From positions 29,822,001-29,886,000 of the forward strand of contig CM060734.1 in the NCBI GenBank assembly GCA_030704615.1: a DNA stretch of 64,000 nucleotides, written 5' to 3'. Within the stretch, counting starts at the first letter, position 1; each line of letters opens with the position of its first letter. The notes under the pieces were generated by a model. The model was not told where the DNA came from, searched no databases, and worked only from the letters and a program-made list of their open reading frames with translations. The stretch is from Takakia lepidozioides. Its lineage: Eukaryota > Plantae > Bryophyta. The position numbers were made by a program, and so were the translations under genes. Below are positions 1 through 12,782 of the stretch, piece by piece.

Positions 1-99
1 TGTGTTGCAGCCTCTGTGGCATACTTCTTCAAGATTTCTTCCAATCTTTTCTAGTTTATCCCTCTTCAACTTTTCCTTTCTCTTACTCTTTCTTTTTAG

Positions 100-906
100 T
101 TCTTGCTCTTCTTTCATCTGACTCATCTTCAGAGTCCTCATCTTCCTTTTCTCTCTCCTGAGCATCCCAATTGCTCAATTCTGTTTGCAGTTTCAAATGC
201 CTCCTCCACTGTATTATGGGGTAACATATCCACTTTCTTCTGCAACTCTGGTCTTAGTCCACTCACAAACCAAGTCTTCTGTAAACCGGGCTGGTACTGG
301 GCAGCCAGCTTTTTCATCATCAATTCCATCTTCTCCATATACTCTTCAACAGTTTCATGCTTCTTCTGCTTCAGCTGTTGTAAACTTCCATACACTTCAT
401 CCTCAGTTTTACTTGTCCTGAACCTATTTCGAAATGCTGTATTCAAGCCATTCCAGGTTAGGAAATGATTATCAGGGAATCTTGCATACCATTCACTTGC
501 TTTCTTGATAAGTGAACAAGGAACAGTCTCATCTTGGCATCATCGCCATTCTCATTGTTCACTATACACATGTGCTCAAATTGGCTAATGTGTACATCGG
601 GATCCCCTTTCCTGAATATATTGGAAAGGTGGTTTTGCCCGTGTTGGTTGTAACGCCATCTGTGGCCCACCTTCTGCCCACTGACAGTGCTGGCACCCTT
701 GCTGGTGCTGGTCCTTCTGGACCTGTTGTTTTTGTGGTGGATCTTCCACCAAGTGGTGGCCCTTGAGCACTCCCTGCTTCTGGCCCCACGATATTCACAG
801 TATTCCCAGCTTCAGTTGCACTACTTCCCACACTCCGTCCCCCAGAGCCAGATCCAGGCAGCCGCCTGATCCCTGAGCCGACACCTTCGTTGGCCTGTTG
901 CTCCAC
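100..906 (-). pseudogene. gag: Retrotransposon gag, frameshifted
   Basis: ORFs 562-906, 458-670 and 138-446 join into YSGKGDPDVHISQFE...AKMRLF...AFRNRF...LQQLKQKKHETVEEY...WFVSGLRPELQ, typical of the retrotransposon Gag capsid region. Confidence 0.75.
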
Positions 907-2060
907 TTGATCCGAGGTCCAACGGGTTGGGATGTCCTGGTTGTAGTCTCAACCTCAGCTGTTGGGTCTACTTCTTCATATTCTTCCTCTTCCAATTTCT
1001 TCTCTCTGTTTTCATCCTCCAAGTTCTGCCCTTGGGTTTCTTCTTCACTCATGTAACTCAACTGTAATGGTGTTGGAGAGTCTGAACTCTCCGTTGGCTC
1101 TGCCACATCCTCATCTCCTTCTTCATCTTCTGCTTCAGAAACTGGAGTTCCTGCTTTTGGTGTTCCATGCCAACTCTTATCAAAGATTTCTGTCAAGTCT
1201 TTTATCCAAGGATGTACCTCAGATCTTTCACCTCGTGATTGATCTTCTTCCTGTACCAATTCCCTTAATCTTTCTTGCAAAGAAACAGAAGGAGTGGCAT
1301 CCAACTCTAGTTCTTCCGGTATAGGTGATGCACTTTTGATCTTGATGGTGTGAGAGGTCCAGATGATTCCCCTATGTCTATTCCTCTCTCCCAAAGATAT
1401 GGATAATTAGCTTTCAGATAGCTTTCTCTTTTTGATGAATATCTTTGTCGTCTAGCTTCTCTTTCATCACTCATGTCCCATGTCTTTCATTTCTTTTAAT
1501 GTGGCAATAACCAAAACTCTCTTCTGTAATATCTCTCGTATATGCCTGGATTTCTTTCAAGCTTCAATGCACCCTTGGCTATACTTGAAGTCTCCGTTAC
1601 CATATAACCATATGGCAAACAAGTCTGAAAAGCTGTTCTTGGTGTGAGTTTGATCCACAAAATATCCTTTGGAATCCAATTCTTTACCAGTACAAGCTCT
1701 TCATGCATATGAGTATAAACATTCACCTTTCTTTCTTCCCAGCCTTCAAACTCTACTCGTTTAATGGATAGCAACGCTATCACATAAACTAATGTTGGTA
1801 ACCAACGTGCTCTTCCTCTACAGGCTACCTGATAAATCTTTATCACTCCTTTCTCCAGACCCCATTCTGGATCAGCATCATGCACTCGTTTAAGAATATT
1901 TTCTTTACATCCGTCTGGCAATTCCAAGAACCTTTGAAAGAATTGTTTGGACAATCTTTCTTCCTTCGTTCCACAGGGAATTTGATTCACTTCAAATTTA
2001 ATGGTCCAACCACCATGATCCCACCAGATGCCTGTCACATCTGGTTGTTCATGTCCCAGG
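795..2060 (-). CDS. Extra ORF(s) of unknown function between PBS and gag (Ogre ORF1-like position)
   Basis: ORFs 1496-2188 and 795-1394 (acidic) are on the element sense strand upstream of gag; no recognisable domain. Confidence 0.4.
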
Positions 2061-2078
2061 TCCCCAGTATGGTCGCCA
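2061..2078 (-). promoter_or_regulatory. Primer-binding site, probably tRNA-Arg type
   Basis: TGGCGACCATACTGGGGA lies 2 nt after the LTR end and resembles the TGGCGACT..CTGGGGA PBS of Ogre/Tat elements. Confidence 0.75.
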
Positions 2079-2080
2079 AA

Positions 2081-3071
2081 TGTCGCGCGGCTTTTACTCA
2101 CCCATCCCTTCGCTATCCGAGGCGGAAACTCCAAGATAGAAGAGTTGGAAATCTCTAAGTACTCAGCCCGCGCAGAACAATCAGTCATGACCTACAGCTA
2201 GTGTATCATGGGGGTGTTTCCTATTTGTTTCCTTTTCCGCATTCATCTTAGCTACCTTACCATTGATAATTAAGTATCAGTTTGCTTCATCAATTTATCG
2301 GTTTCCTTAACTCCTCCATTCAATCCACAGCTTCACTCAGATCTCTCTACACAGTGTGATTGTATCGTATAAGTATCAGATTATGATTTATCAGGTATCA
2401 GGCCGAAGCCATTATGTCTCTAATCTGCTCTCAATATCATCTAGCTTTGCATATACAAGCATCTACTAATCCTCTTTCTCTCCTTCATCGTGCTCTCGAT
2501 CTCCGCTCCCGCCTGTCTCCGAAGTCCTCCCCCATAATGATCCCCCCTATTCCCCGTTCTTCCCTTTATCCTCCTATCCGCGGTTCTAACCGTTTCCCTC
2601 TCTAACCGTCGTATGTGAACTAACATGTTCCCTTCACTGGTGTTGTTCCCCACAGTCGTTCCCTGTCCTACTCTTCGTTCCCTATTATCGTGACAGCTGT
2701 GTCAAGCGGTGACTGGCTGTGTTTGGCTGTGTCGGGCTGTGACTGGCTGTGTGGCTTGCCGGGCTGTGACTGGCTGTGTGGGCTGTGTCTGCTGTGACGA
2801 CTGTGACGGGCTGTGTGTGCTGTGTGTGTGTGTGGGCTGTGACGACTGTGACGGCTGTGACGTGTGTGATGTGCTGTGTGGGCTGTGACGACTGTGACGG
2901 GCTGTGTTGGCTGTGTGGGCTGACTGCTGTGTCGGCTGTGTGGGCTATGTAACCCCCTTCTACAGTGCGCTGCTGTCACCCCTAAGGTTCCTGTTTGTCT
3001 CAGTCTGTGCAAAATTAAGGGTACCCTACAGATCCCGTATAAGTGTCTAAGTCCCCTACAGTCCTCTAACA
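2081..3071 (-). repeat. 5' LTR of Ogre/Tat-like element
   Basis: TG...CA termini on the minus strand; homologous to 54927-55829 and 60089-60978; contains a GGCTGTGT/CACAGCC-rich tract at about 2695-2950. Confidence 0.9.
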
Positions 3072-6000
3072 AACGTCTTCACGACCGAGGCCCAAGCCCG
3101 GAAACCTTGAACTGGAGTGGGTTCAAGGAATTGATGAAGAGACAGTTTGTGCCCCTCAACGGGCTTGCCCGGACAAGATGAGGAATTTGAAGCAAACAGA
3201 TGACATTCGGGGTATGTCCAGGCTTTCAATGTGCTGCTCGAAGTCGCGGACATGGCAGAACCAGAAATGGTCTTCAACTTTGTGGCGGGGCTGGCCCCAT
3301 GGGCCAGGCGGAAGTTGGAGGAGAAGCCACCCAAGACTTTGAACGAGGCAATTGAGAGGGCTGAATGTTTCTCGGATGTCCCTAGGGGTGAAGACAAGGC
3401 CGTACGGAGCTGAACCACAAGAAGACCCGGCGGGAAGACTCCTTCCGACCGGAAAAGAAGTGGGATAGGCCACGCGGCGACAATGGCACGTGGAAATCGA
3501 AGGGAGGACCTTCACACGTCAAGGCGGCACCCGGTGCTTCGAAAGGAAAAGCGGGTGGAGCGGCTTATGGCGGACAGAAGGCGACCTTTGATGGAGTGTG
3601 TTTCAATTGCGGGGAGCCCGGGCACATGGCCAAGAAGTGCACAAACCCGTCAATTGAACATGACTCGGCAACCACGGAGCTGTCGGAAGATACCATCAGT
3701 CGCTTGGTGGAAGCGGTGGTTGCCAGGACTTGCAAGGTAGGCAACTATTCTTGTGAGTTGTATCAGGAAACTGGCGCCCTGCGTAAAGGGAGTCAGTTAT
3801 TGTTCGTGGATGGGATAATATCCGGAACTAACGTGTCGTTGTTGGTGGACACAGGAGCGTCGCACTCCTTCATGACGCCGGCGACGGCACGAAAGTTGGG
3901 ACTCCCGACAAGTGACGTGGGGGCCTCTATTGAGGTGCGTTCTGCCAAAGAGAACCACAGTTGGCGACAAGGTTGGCGTTTGATGTTCCTCTTCAACTGG
4001 GGAGTTGGGAGGACGTGAACTTCACCATCTGCGAGATCGATGGAGTAGATCTCATTTTGGGGATGACCTTTTTGAGCAAATCCGGAGCGGTCATAGATGG
4101 CCGCAAGAGAGTAGTCACGCTGCCATGTGGGAATGGTGGCGAGGTCTTACGAGTGTCGGAAACGCCCAAATCCGTGGGAGGGCGAATAAACCTTCTGTCA
4201 GCAAGGGAGTGGGCCGTGGAGGAGGCACATGAACCCCAGTTTTTGCTTTACATTAGAGAAGTGAAGGGAGAAGGCGATGGGGAGCCGAGCCCAGATTGGA
4301 TCAAGGGGATTTTGGAGAAATACCAGGATGTGATGCCGGAGGATTTACCAAGCGGCTTGCCACCGCGAAGAGGAGTTGACCACAAATTGAGGTGATACCG
4401 GAACGGAACCGCCTGCCAAGGCACCCTACCGGTTGAGCCACAGGGAGTTGGTCGAGCTGAAGACTCAGCTCAAGGATCTAATGTCAAAGGGGTACATCCG
4501 GCCGAGTAAGTCACCTTACGGAGCCCCGGTGCTATTTGCAGACAAGAAGGATGGGACGCTGCGGATGTGTGTCGATTACAGGGCTCTGAATAAGGTGACT
4601 ATCAAAAACCGTACCCTTTGCCAAGGATCGACGACCTCTTCGATCGGTTTGGCAGGAGCGAAGTATTTCAGCCGGATCGACTTGCGCTCCGGCTATCACC
4701 AAATTCGGGTGGCGGAAGGAGATGAGGAGAAGACCGCGTGCAGGACAAGGTATGGTTCATATGAGTTCTTGGTGATGCCTTTTGGGCTCACCAATGCACC
4801 TGCGACCTTTAGCACGCTGATGAACAGCCTTTTCCAGGAGTGGTTGGATGACTTTGTGATCGTGTACATCGACGACATCTTGGTGTACTCGAAAACAAAG
4901 GAGGAGCACCTGGAGCACCTCAAAAGGGTGTTCCAAAAGTTGCAGGAAGGAAGTTGTACGCCAAAGCTTCAAAGTGCGAATTCGGGGTCACAAAGTGGAG
5001 TTCTTGGGGCATGTGATTACACAGGATGGGATCAAAATGGATGACAGAAAGGTGAGGGCGATCTTGGACTGGGAGCCTCCGACTTCGGTCCCGGGAGTGC
5101 GATCCTTCCTAGGACTCGCCTCCTATTACCGGAAGTATGTGAGAAATTTCGCCAAGATTGCGGGGCCGCTGTCAGACCTTCTGTGTAAATCTAAGTCTGG
5201 GCATGGAACACCTTTTGTGGCCAAGCTTTTGCTGAATTGAAGCAGCGGATGGCGGAAGCTCCAGTCTTGAAAATCCCGGAGTTCGATCGTCCGTTTGAGA
5301 TACATACAGATGCGTCGGACTTCGCGATTGGGGTGTGCTGATGCAAGATGGACGTCCAGTTGCTTACGAAAGTAAGAAACTGAATGAAGTGGAGCGACGG
5401 TGGCCGACGCACGAGAAAGAGATGAAGGCGGTGGTGCACTGTCTTGAGCTCTGGCGCCACTATGTTGGTTCCAACCCAGTGAAGGTGTTCACGGACAATG
5501 TCACGGTGAAGTATTTTGCCACGCAGCCCAAGTTGTCCCCAAAACAACTTAGGTGGCAAGATACTTTGGCGGTGTTTGACGTGGATATCCAATACAAACC
5601 GGGACGAGACAACGTGGTGGCCGATGCTTTAAGTAGAAAGCAGCAGCTCTTGTTGGTATACAAGGGCGAGACGACGCTCCAAAGGAAGATCCGGAAGGCT
5701 TGCCGGAAGGATGAGCTGGCGAAGTCCGTGATGCAGGACTTGAGGATGGGGGTTAAATCGCAGTTCCACTTGCAAAATGGACTGCTCCGGTATAAGCAAA
5801 ACGTCTCTACGTGCCGAAGGGAGGGATCAGAGATAGCCTCTTGAGAGAATGCCATGATAGCCCGCTTGCGGGCCACGGCGGAGCCAAGCGCACTGCGGCA
5901 CTCTTGAAGAAAGAGTTTTCTGGCCCAAACTGAGGGAGGAGGCAGAGGAGTATGTCAAGACATGCACCACATGCCAACAAAACCGGAGCGAGTACAAAAA

Positions 6001-7140
6001 GCAAGCGGGGCTGTTACAACCCTTGCCGATTCCAGAGGGGACTTGGGAAAGCGTCTCGATGGATTTCATGACTGCTATGCCGCTGTCAAAAGGATTCGAT
6101 GCAATCATGGTGGTGGTAGATAGGTTCAGTAAAATGGGCCATTTCATCCCCACCAAGGAGACGGCAACGGCGCAGGAGACAGGGCGACTTTACTTCGCCC
6201 ACGTCTTAAAGCATCATGGAGTCCCTAAGGATATTGTCTCGGACCGCGATCCAAAGTTTACGAGTAAATTCTGGAGAGCACTTTGGAAGAAGATGGGGAC
6301 GAGGCTGAAGATGAGCACCGCCTTCCGACCTACGACCGACGGCCAAACAGAAAGAGTGAATTCCGTAGTGAAGCAATCTTGCGGAATTACGTGTCGGCAG
6401 ACCAAACAGACTGGGTGGAACACTTAGACGGCAGAGTTGTGTTATAATAACACAGAACACTCCGCAACAGGTTTTCCCCTTTCGTATGGGTCTATGGAAA
6501 AGCACCTCTGGTGCCGACAAGTTGGGCCACCCAGGACGTTGAGGAACCGGCAGTAGCGGCTACTGGAAGAACGCGAGCGTTTGTTGAAGCTCGCAAAGTA
6601 CAACATTGCCAAAGCTAGGAAACGGTATGAAAGGCAGGCGAATCGGAAGCGGAGGGAAGTGAAGTTTGAGGCAGGCACGGAGGTCTGGTTGAACATCAAG
6701 AATTTCCGACTACCTCCGGAAGTGAGTCCGAAGTTCGTACCTCCGTATGCGGGACCCTTTCGCATTCGGAAGGTTATGAATGAGGATGTGTATGAATTGG
6801 AGCTGCCGGCAAACAGCAAGGTGCACAGTATTCCATGTCTCCCTTTTGAAGCCTTACTTCAAATGAAGCACGTCCGAATCGGCATCAAGTGTTGCGTCCG
6901 CCACCTATGCTGTTGGATCATGAAAATGAACCTGAGTACGAGGTGGAGGCAATACTTAAGTCGAGGAGGTTCAAGAACCGAGAAACGGAGTACTCGTCAA
7001 ATGGAAGGGCTATCATCATGTGGAGGCATCTTGGGTGCGTGCCTCAGAAATGGGAAACGCATCCGAGGCGGTCGCAGCTTTCGAAGGGCGACCTCAAAAG
7101 CGGAAGAAGCGTTGATGGGGACATCAACCTTGGAGCGTGG
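3072..7140 (+). mobile_element. pol: Ty3/gypsy chromovirus gag-pol with many frameshifts
   Basis: Gag remnant, zinc knuckle CFNCGEPGHMAKKC, protease [22 protein letters not shown], RNase H (DAS, E, TDN), integrase (SMDF, SDRD, GQTERVN, YAGPF) and chromodomain EYEVEAILKSR. Confidence 0.93.
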
Positions 7141-7148
7141 GGAGGAAA

Positions 7149-8717
7149 TGCATGCTTAGCCCGGCTTAGCTAGCTAGGAATCCGATTGCAAAAACTTGTA
7201 TTGTACAAAACGTGCTATAAATGAACGGTTCCAAATGTTGTGCGTCCTATTTTGTTTGGAATGGTGATGCATGGTATGGTTGGCTAGTGTGTAGAATGCA
7301 TGCTAGCTTATAAAAGTGGGAGAGGTAAATTGGGTTAATCGTGTGTTTGTAGTGCCGAAATCGGGTGACCCCATCCAGGGGCAAGGAAACTTGCGCCTTC
7401 TTTGGGAGTTCACGTGCTAGTGCGCACCTGGCGCGTGCGCGTACTATAACTGCGCTACCGAGGGGTTGCCTTGTAGTGCGGGCTAACGCGGAAGCCACGT
7501 GCTTCCGTTCACGTACTATAATCGTGTAGCCTCGGGACGAAGTCGTAGTGCGGCTTCGGCGTGTTCCCGTACCTCAGGCCAGCATTCCAAGGCGGACCCA
7601 ATTGTAGTGATTGGGGCGCACGGTTGGTTCAAAGTTATCTTCCTAGTCAAAGAGGGTTCCAGGTGAACCCTCGCTCAAGTGATGCCAAAAGCGGCATCAT
7701 GAGCGGTCGCAAGCAATGTTGTTGCAGTAAGGCGATTTGATCCGGGAGGATCGTTCCTTGGCCTTGAAGTAGGCCAAGAAGAGTGCACTGGGAGGAGCTG
7801 GAGAGGCTCCACCCTTGGCCGGGACTTGGAGGAAGTCGGCCGAACTAGCTAGTGGAGAGTAGAGTCAAGTGTGGGGTTTGGTTCTTTGCCATGGGACCAT
7901 GGTGCGGAAACAAACTCCTTGATGTGGGACGCCACAACTTGGATGTTCGTTTCTACAAAATGGACAGTCGATGAGGACATCGACTCCCTGTTGGAGGGTG
8001 TGTGTCGGCCCTTTGCTTGAGGGCAGGGGTCGGGACACATAGGGGCTGCCCCTGTGGTGGGGGCATCGGCATCGATAGGTATGGGGGGCTGAAGCACCCT
8101 TGAGTGCCCAAGGCACTCAAGGAGGCGGAGGCGCTCACTAGGTGGAGCCCCGCACACCGGTTGCGGTGGGGGTGGCTCCACAAGGGGTGGTGGTAGCTTA
8201 GCGGGACTTAGTGGGGGTGGCATAGGACTCACCATGGGGCGGAGACCTCGTGGTGGGAGTCGTGGGGAGTCTTGGGACTCATCACGGTCCATAGGGGTTG
8301 TGGTGAGTGGGCCAAGACTCACCGCGACTCATCACGGGAGTCGAGGTTTTTCGTGGTGGTTCGCCATAAAATGGCATGGCTGGTTATGAAACCCCCCGGA
8401 CAGCTACAAAAGTATATATAGGAGTAGTAACCCCGAGAACGGTGCAAGCCCGTTGGTGACCAAAAACTAGTGAGTAAGCGAGCGAGCCGGAAAGCGACCA
8501 AAGAGTGGGGAGCTGTTCCGGACTGCCATCTACCAAAGGGAATTCCACTAGTCCCAAATAGGTGGAGGGTTTAGTGGGAAGCGAAGGGGGACCGTTATGT
8601 CCCGGTGAGCAGCCGAAGCTCCAAGTTGGCCCGGCGGCCAGGTTGGGAGTCAGGCGCGCGCATCAAAGCGAGTAACTATGACGTGAAGGGGAGCTTACCG
8701 AAGGGAGGTGCGCGACA
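7149..8717 (+). repeat. Probable 3' LTR of the chromovirus
   Basis: Follows the purine tract GGAGCGTGGGGAGGAAA; begins TG and ends CGCGACA where PPR-derived sequence starts. No second LTR in the window to confirm. Confidence 0.55.
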
Positions 8718-11700
8718 CCTTCGCTCATTTCCAGGGTTGCCTGGCTTGCAAACACACAGACGTGATGTGGTCGGGCTTCACCCCTTCCCCATCATTTGCT
8801 CATAGGTCTCCAAAGCCTCCATCCCACGCCCCTGCTGTGCATACCCTGCAAGCATCCCATTCCACGACACCACATTTCATTTAGCGATATAGTTGAACAA
8901 TGCCTTCGCATCCTCGATGCTCCCACATTTGGCATACATGTCCACGAGGGCATTGTGACGATGTCACCATGGACCTCTTTCCCCTTTTCCAGGGCTCCCA
9001 AGCTTGCACACGCATTGCAAACACAAACTAGGGTGATGTGGTTGGGCTTCACCCCTTCGCAGAGTACACATAAGTTCCTTGCTTTGCATCCTCAATGCAC
9101 CCACATTTGGCATACATGTCCACCAGGGCAGAGTTCAGAATGACATCTGGTACAATCCCAGCTTTGACAATGTCACCATGGACCTCTTTACCCTTTTCCA
9201 GGGCTGTCAGGCTTGCACAAGCATTGGAATCACAAACAAACGTGATGTGGTTGGGCTTCACCCCTTCCCCCATCAATTGATCATAGGTTTCTAAAGCCAC
9301 CAACCCACGTTCCTGCTGTGCATACCCTGCAAGCATAGCGTGCCACGACACCACATCTTGTTCAGCCATAGTGTTGAAAACTCCCTTCGCATCCTTGGCA
9401 TGAATCCACTTTGGATAATGTGAGTGTGCACCTGCTTTCCAGCTTCCAGACCTTTCATCTTGATGCACTTAAGCAAGAGACAGACAAACGTATCTGAATC
9501 TGCTGAAATGCCTCCCACATTAATTGGCATACATGTCCACGAGGGTATTGTTTAGAATGACATCTGGTACAATTCCAGCTTTCACGATGTCACCATGAAC
9601 CTCTTTGCCCTTTTCCGGGCTGCCAGGCTTGCACATGCACACACAAACGTGATGTGGTTGGGCTTCACCCCTTCCCCCATCATTTGATCACCTCTTTGCC
9701 CTTTTCCAGGGCTGCCAGACTTGCACAAGCATTGCAATCACACACAAACGTGATGTCCATTTTGTCCATTTTGCAAACACTTCACGGACATCCTTCATTA
9801 TCCTGCATCTGGCATACATGTCAAGGAGGGTTGTCTCCAGAATGATAGCTCGTGCAATTCCAGCTTTGATAATGTCAGCATGAACCTCTTTGCCTTTTTC
9901 CAGGGCCGCCAAGTTGGCACATGCGGTGAGAAGGCAAACAAATGTGACCTTGTTGGGTGTCACACCTTTTTGAATCATTTGCTCATATATCTCAAACACC
10001 TCCCTGCCACTCCCATGCTATGCATATCCTGCAATTATTGTGCTCCGTGAGACCACATCTCGTTCAGCCATCTTGTCAAACACTTGATATGCTGTTCAGT
10101 CCGTCACTCCACAGAAACAGCCTGTGCTACACGTGACGATGTGTCCACTCCAACCCGTGCCACATCTTGTTCAGCCATAGTGTTGAACACTCCCTCCAAT
10201 GCTCCCACATCTGGCATACATGTCCACGAGGGTATTGTTCAAAATCACATCTGGTACAATTCCAGCTTTGTTGATGTCACCATGGACCTCTCTCCGCTTT
10301 TCCAGAGCTCCCAGGCTTGCACACGCATTGCAAACACAAACAAATGTGATGTGGTTGGGCTTCACCCCTTCGCGCAGCATTTGCTCATAGGTCTCCAAAG
10401 CATTCCTACCACACCCATGCTTGGTAAATCCTTGAAAACTCCCTTTGCATCCTTAATGCGCCCACATTTGGATACATGTCCACCAGGGTAGTGTTCAGAA
10501 TGACAACTGGTACAATTCCAGCTTTGACGATGTCACCATGGACATCTTTCCCCTTTTCCAGAGCTCCTAGGCTTGCACACGCATTGCAAACACAAACAAA
10601 TGTGATGTGGCTGGGCTTCACCCCTTCGCGCAGCATTTGCTCATAGGTCTCCAAAGCATTCCTACCAAACCCATGCTTGGTAAATCCTGCCAACATTATA
10701 TTCCACGTGATCAAAGATGTTGAGGCATTCTGTTGAACACTTGGTGAGCATCCATGATGTTGAATCTGTCAAACCCTCATCTGATCCTCCAGCCCTCTCT
10801 GGCAGTACATGATGGTCAAGACTCTCAGGAAATGGTGGATGGTCTGAGTAGCTACATAGATCAATGAATGAAGCAAGACACTTGCATCTTGCCAAGAAAA
10901 CATCCTTTCACCAGTAATCACCACAAGAACAAATCCCATCTTCAAACTCACTGTGGGTGCAAAGACAAAATTCATTTTCCTCCTCCCCGACATCATGCAA
11001 TACAAAACACGTGTCAGGCACATACCCCGCCTCCTTTCTTCTGCCCAGACAATCTTCTCACTACTCAGCTCAGCATGGATTTCCTTAATTCTGGGATGCA
11101 ACTTGTCATCTACAACGAAGGTGTGCACCCTGTTGCCAACCTCAATGCAGCAGCAGCGACTTGGCTCCTTTCTAACCCACGCATTGCAAACGGAAATAAA
11201 TGTGATGTGGTCGGGCTTCACCCCTTCCCCCATCATTTGCTCATAGGTCTCCAAAGCCTCCATCCCACGCCCTTGCTGTGCATACCCTGCAATCATCGCA
11301 CTCCACGGTCACACCCAATCTCATTCAGCCATATTGTCAAACACTCCCTCCGCATCCTCGATGCACCCACATTTTGCAGTGTTGAGAACTCCCTCGCATC
11401 CTTGGCATGAATCCACTTTGGATAATGTGTGTGTTCACCTGCTTTCCAGTTTCCAGACCTTTCATCTTGATGCACTTAAGCAAGAGACAGACAAACGTAT
11501 CTGAATCTGCTGAAATGCCTCCCACATTTGGTATACATGTCCACGAGGGTAGAGTTCAGAATGACATGTGGTACAATTCCAGCTTTCACGATGCAACCAT
11601 GCACCTCTTTGCCCTTTTCCACGGCTGCCAGGCTTGCACATGCACAAACGTGATGTGGTTGGGCTTCACCCCTTCCCCCATCATTTGATCATAGGTCTCC

Positions 11701-12780
11701 AAAGCCACCATCCCACGTCCCTTCTGTGCATACCCTACAAGCATCGCATGCCACGACACCACATCTTGTTCAGCCATAGTGTCGAAAACTCCCTTCGCAT
11801 CCTCGGCGTGAATCCACTTTGGATAATGTGAGTGTGCACCTGCTTTCCAGCTTCCAGACCTTTCATCTTGATACACTTAAGCAAGAGACAGACAAACGTA
11901 TCTGAATCTGCTGAAATGCCTCCCACATTTGGCATACATGTCCACGAGGGAAGAGTTCCCACATCATTTGATCATAGGTCTCCGAGGCCACCATCCCACG
12001 TCCCTGCTGTGCATACCCTGCAAGCATCGCGTGCCACGACACCACATCTTGTTCAGCCATAGCATTGAAAACTCCCTTCGCATCCTCAATGCACCCACAT
12101 TTGGCATACATGTCCACCAGGGCAATGTTCAGAATGCTTTGACGATGTCACCATGTACCTCTTTTCCCCTTTTCCAGAGCTCCCAGGCTTGCACACGCAT
12201 TGCAATCACAAACAGATGTGATGTGGTTGGGCTTCACCCCTTCGTGCAGCATTTGCTCATAGGTCTCCAAAGCATTCCTACCACACCCATGCTTGGTAAG
12301 TCCTGCCAACATTAAATTCCAGGTGATCAAAGATCGATCGTTGAGGCATTCGGTTGAACACTTGGTGAGCATCCATGATGCTCCCGCACTTAACACATAC
12401 ATGTTGACAAGGGTGTTAAGGAGAAAAACACTTGGCGTGAATCCACTTTGGATAATGTGAGTGTGCACCTGCTTTCCAGCTTCCAGACCTTTCATCTTGA
12501 TGCACTTAAGCAAGAGACAGACAAACGTATCTGAATCTGTTGGAATGCCTCCGACATTTGGCATACATGTCCACGAGGGTATTGTTCAGAATGACATCTG
12601 GTACAATCCCAGCTTTCCCAATGCAACCATGCACCTCTTTGCCCTTTTCCAGGGCTGCCAGGCTTGCACATGCATTGCAGATGCAAACAAACGTTATGTA
12701 GTTGGGCACGAGCATCGCGTACACCACACCTTTTTCAGAGATCCCAGGCTTGCTCACGCATTGCAAACACAAACAAATGT
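8718..12780 (-). pseudogene. Scrambled PLS-class PPR array with E and truncated DYW remnants
   Basis: Many P/L/S motif fragments ([54 protein letters not shown]) in shifting frames; E/E+ (KEPSRCCCIEVGNRVHTFVVDDKLHP) at about 11090-11180; DYW end at 10908-10919. Confidence 0.9.
10908..11180 (-). pseudogene. E+/DYW domain with internal deletion
   Basis: GYVPDTCFVLHDVGEEENEFCLCTHSE reads directly into FEDGICSCGDYW-stop (TGA at 10910-10908). Confidence 0.85.
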
Positions 12781-12782
12781 CG

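Larger units (their letters stand above)
1..3071 (-). mobile_element. Ty3/gypsy LTR retrotransposon, Ogre/Tat-like, 5' portion (continues off the left edge)
   Basis: On the minus strand: LTR 3071-2081 (TGTTAGAG...CGCGACA), PBS at 2078-2061, extra ORFs, then a gag-like region. It interrupts the gag of the chromovirus at 3072. Confidence 0.85.

Noticed and set aside
2668-3072. His/Ser-rich ORFs (also 55464-55769, 59741-60196, 60691-60925)
   Set aside because: They are translations of CACAGCC-type simple repeats in or near LTRs.
7849-8322. Proline-rich ORF
   Set aside because: It is the antisense reading of G-rich LTR sequence; no domain.
8718-12780. Functional PPR editing-factor gene
   Set aside because: No continuous frame; the DYW end lies mid-array and lacks CxxC.
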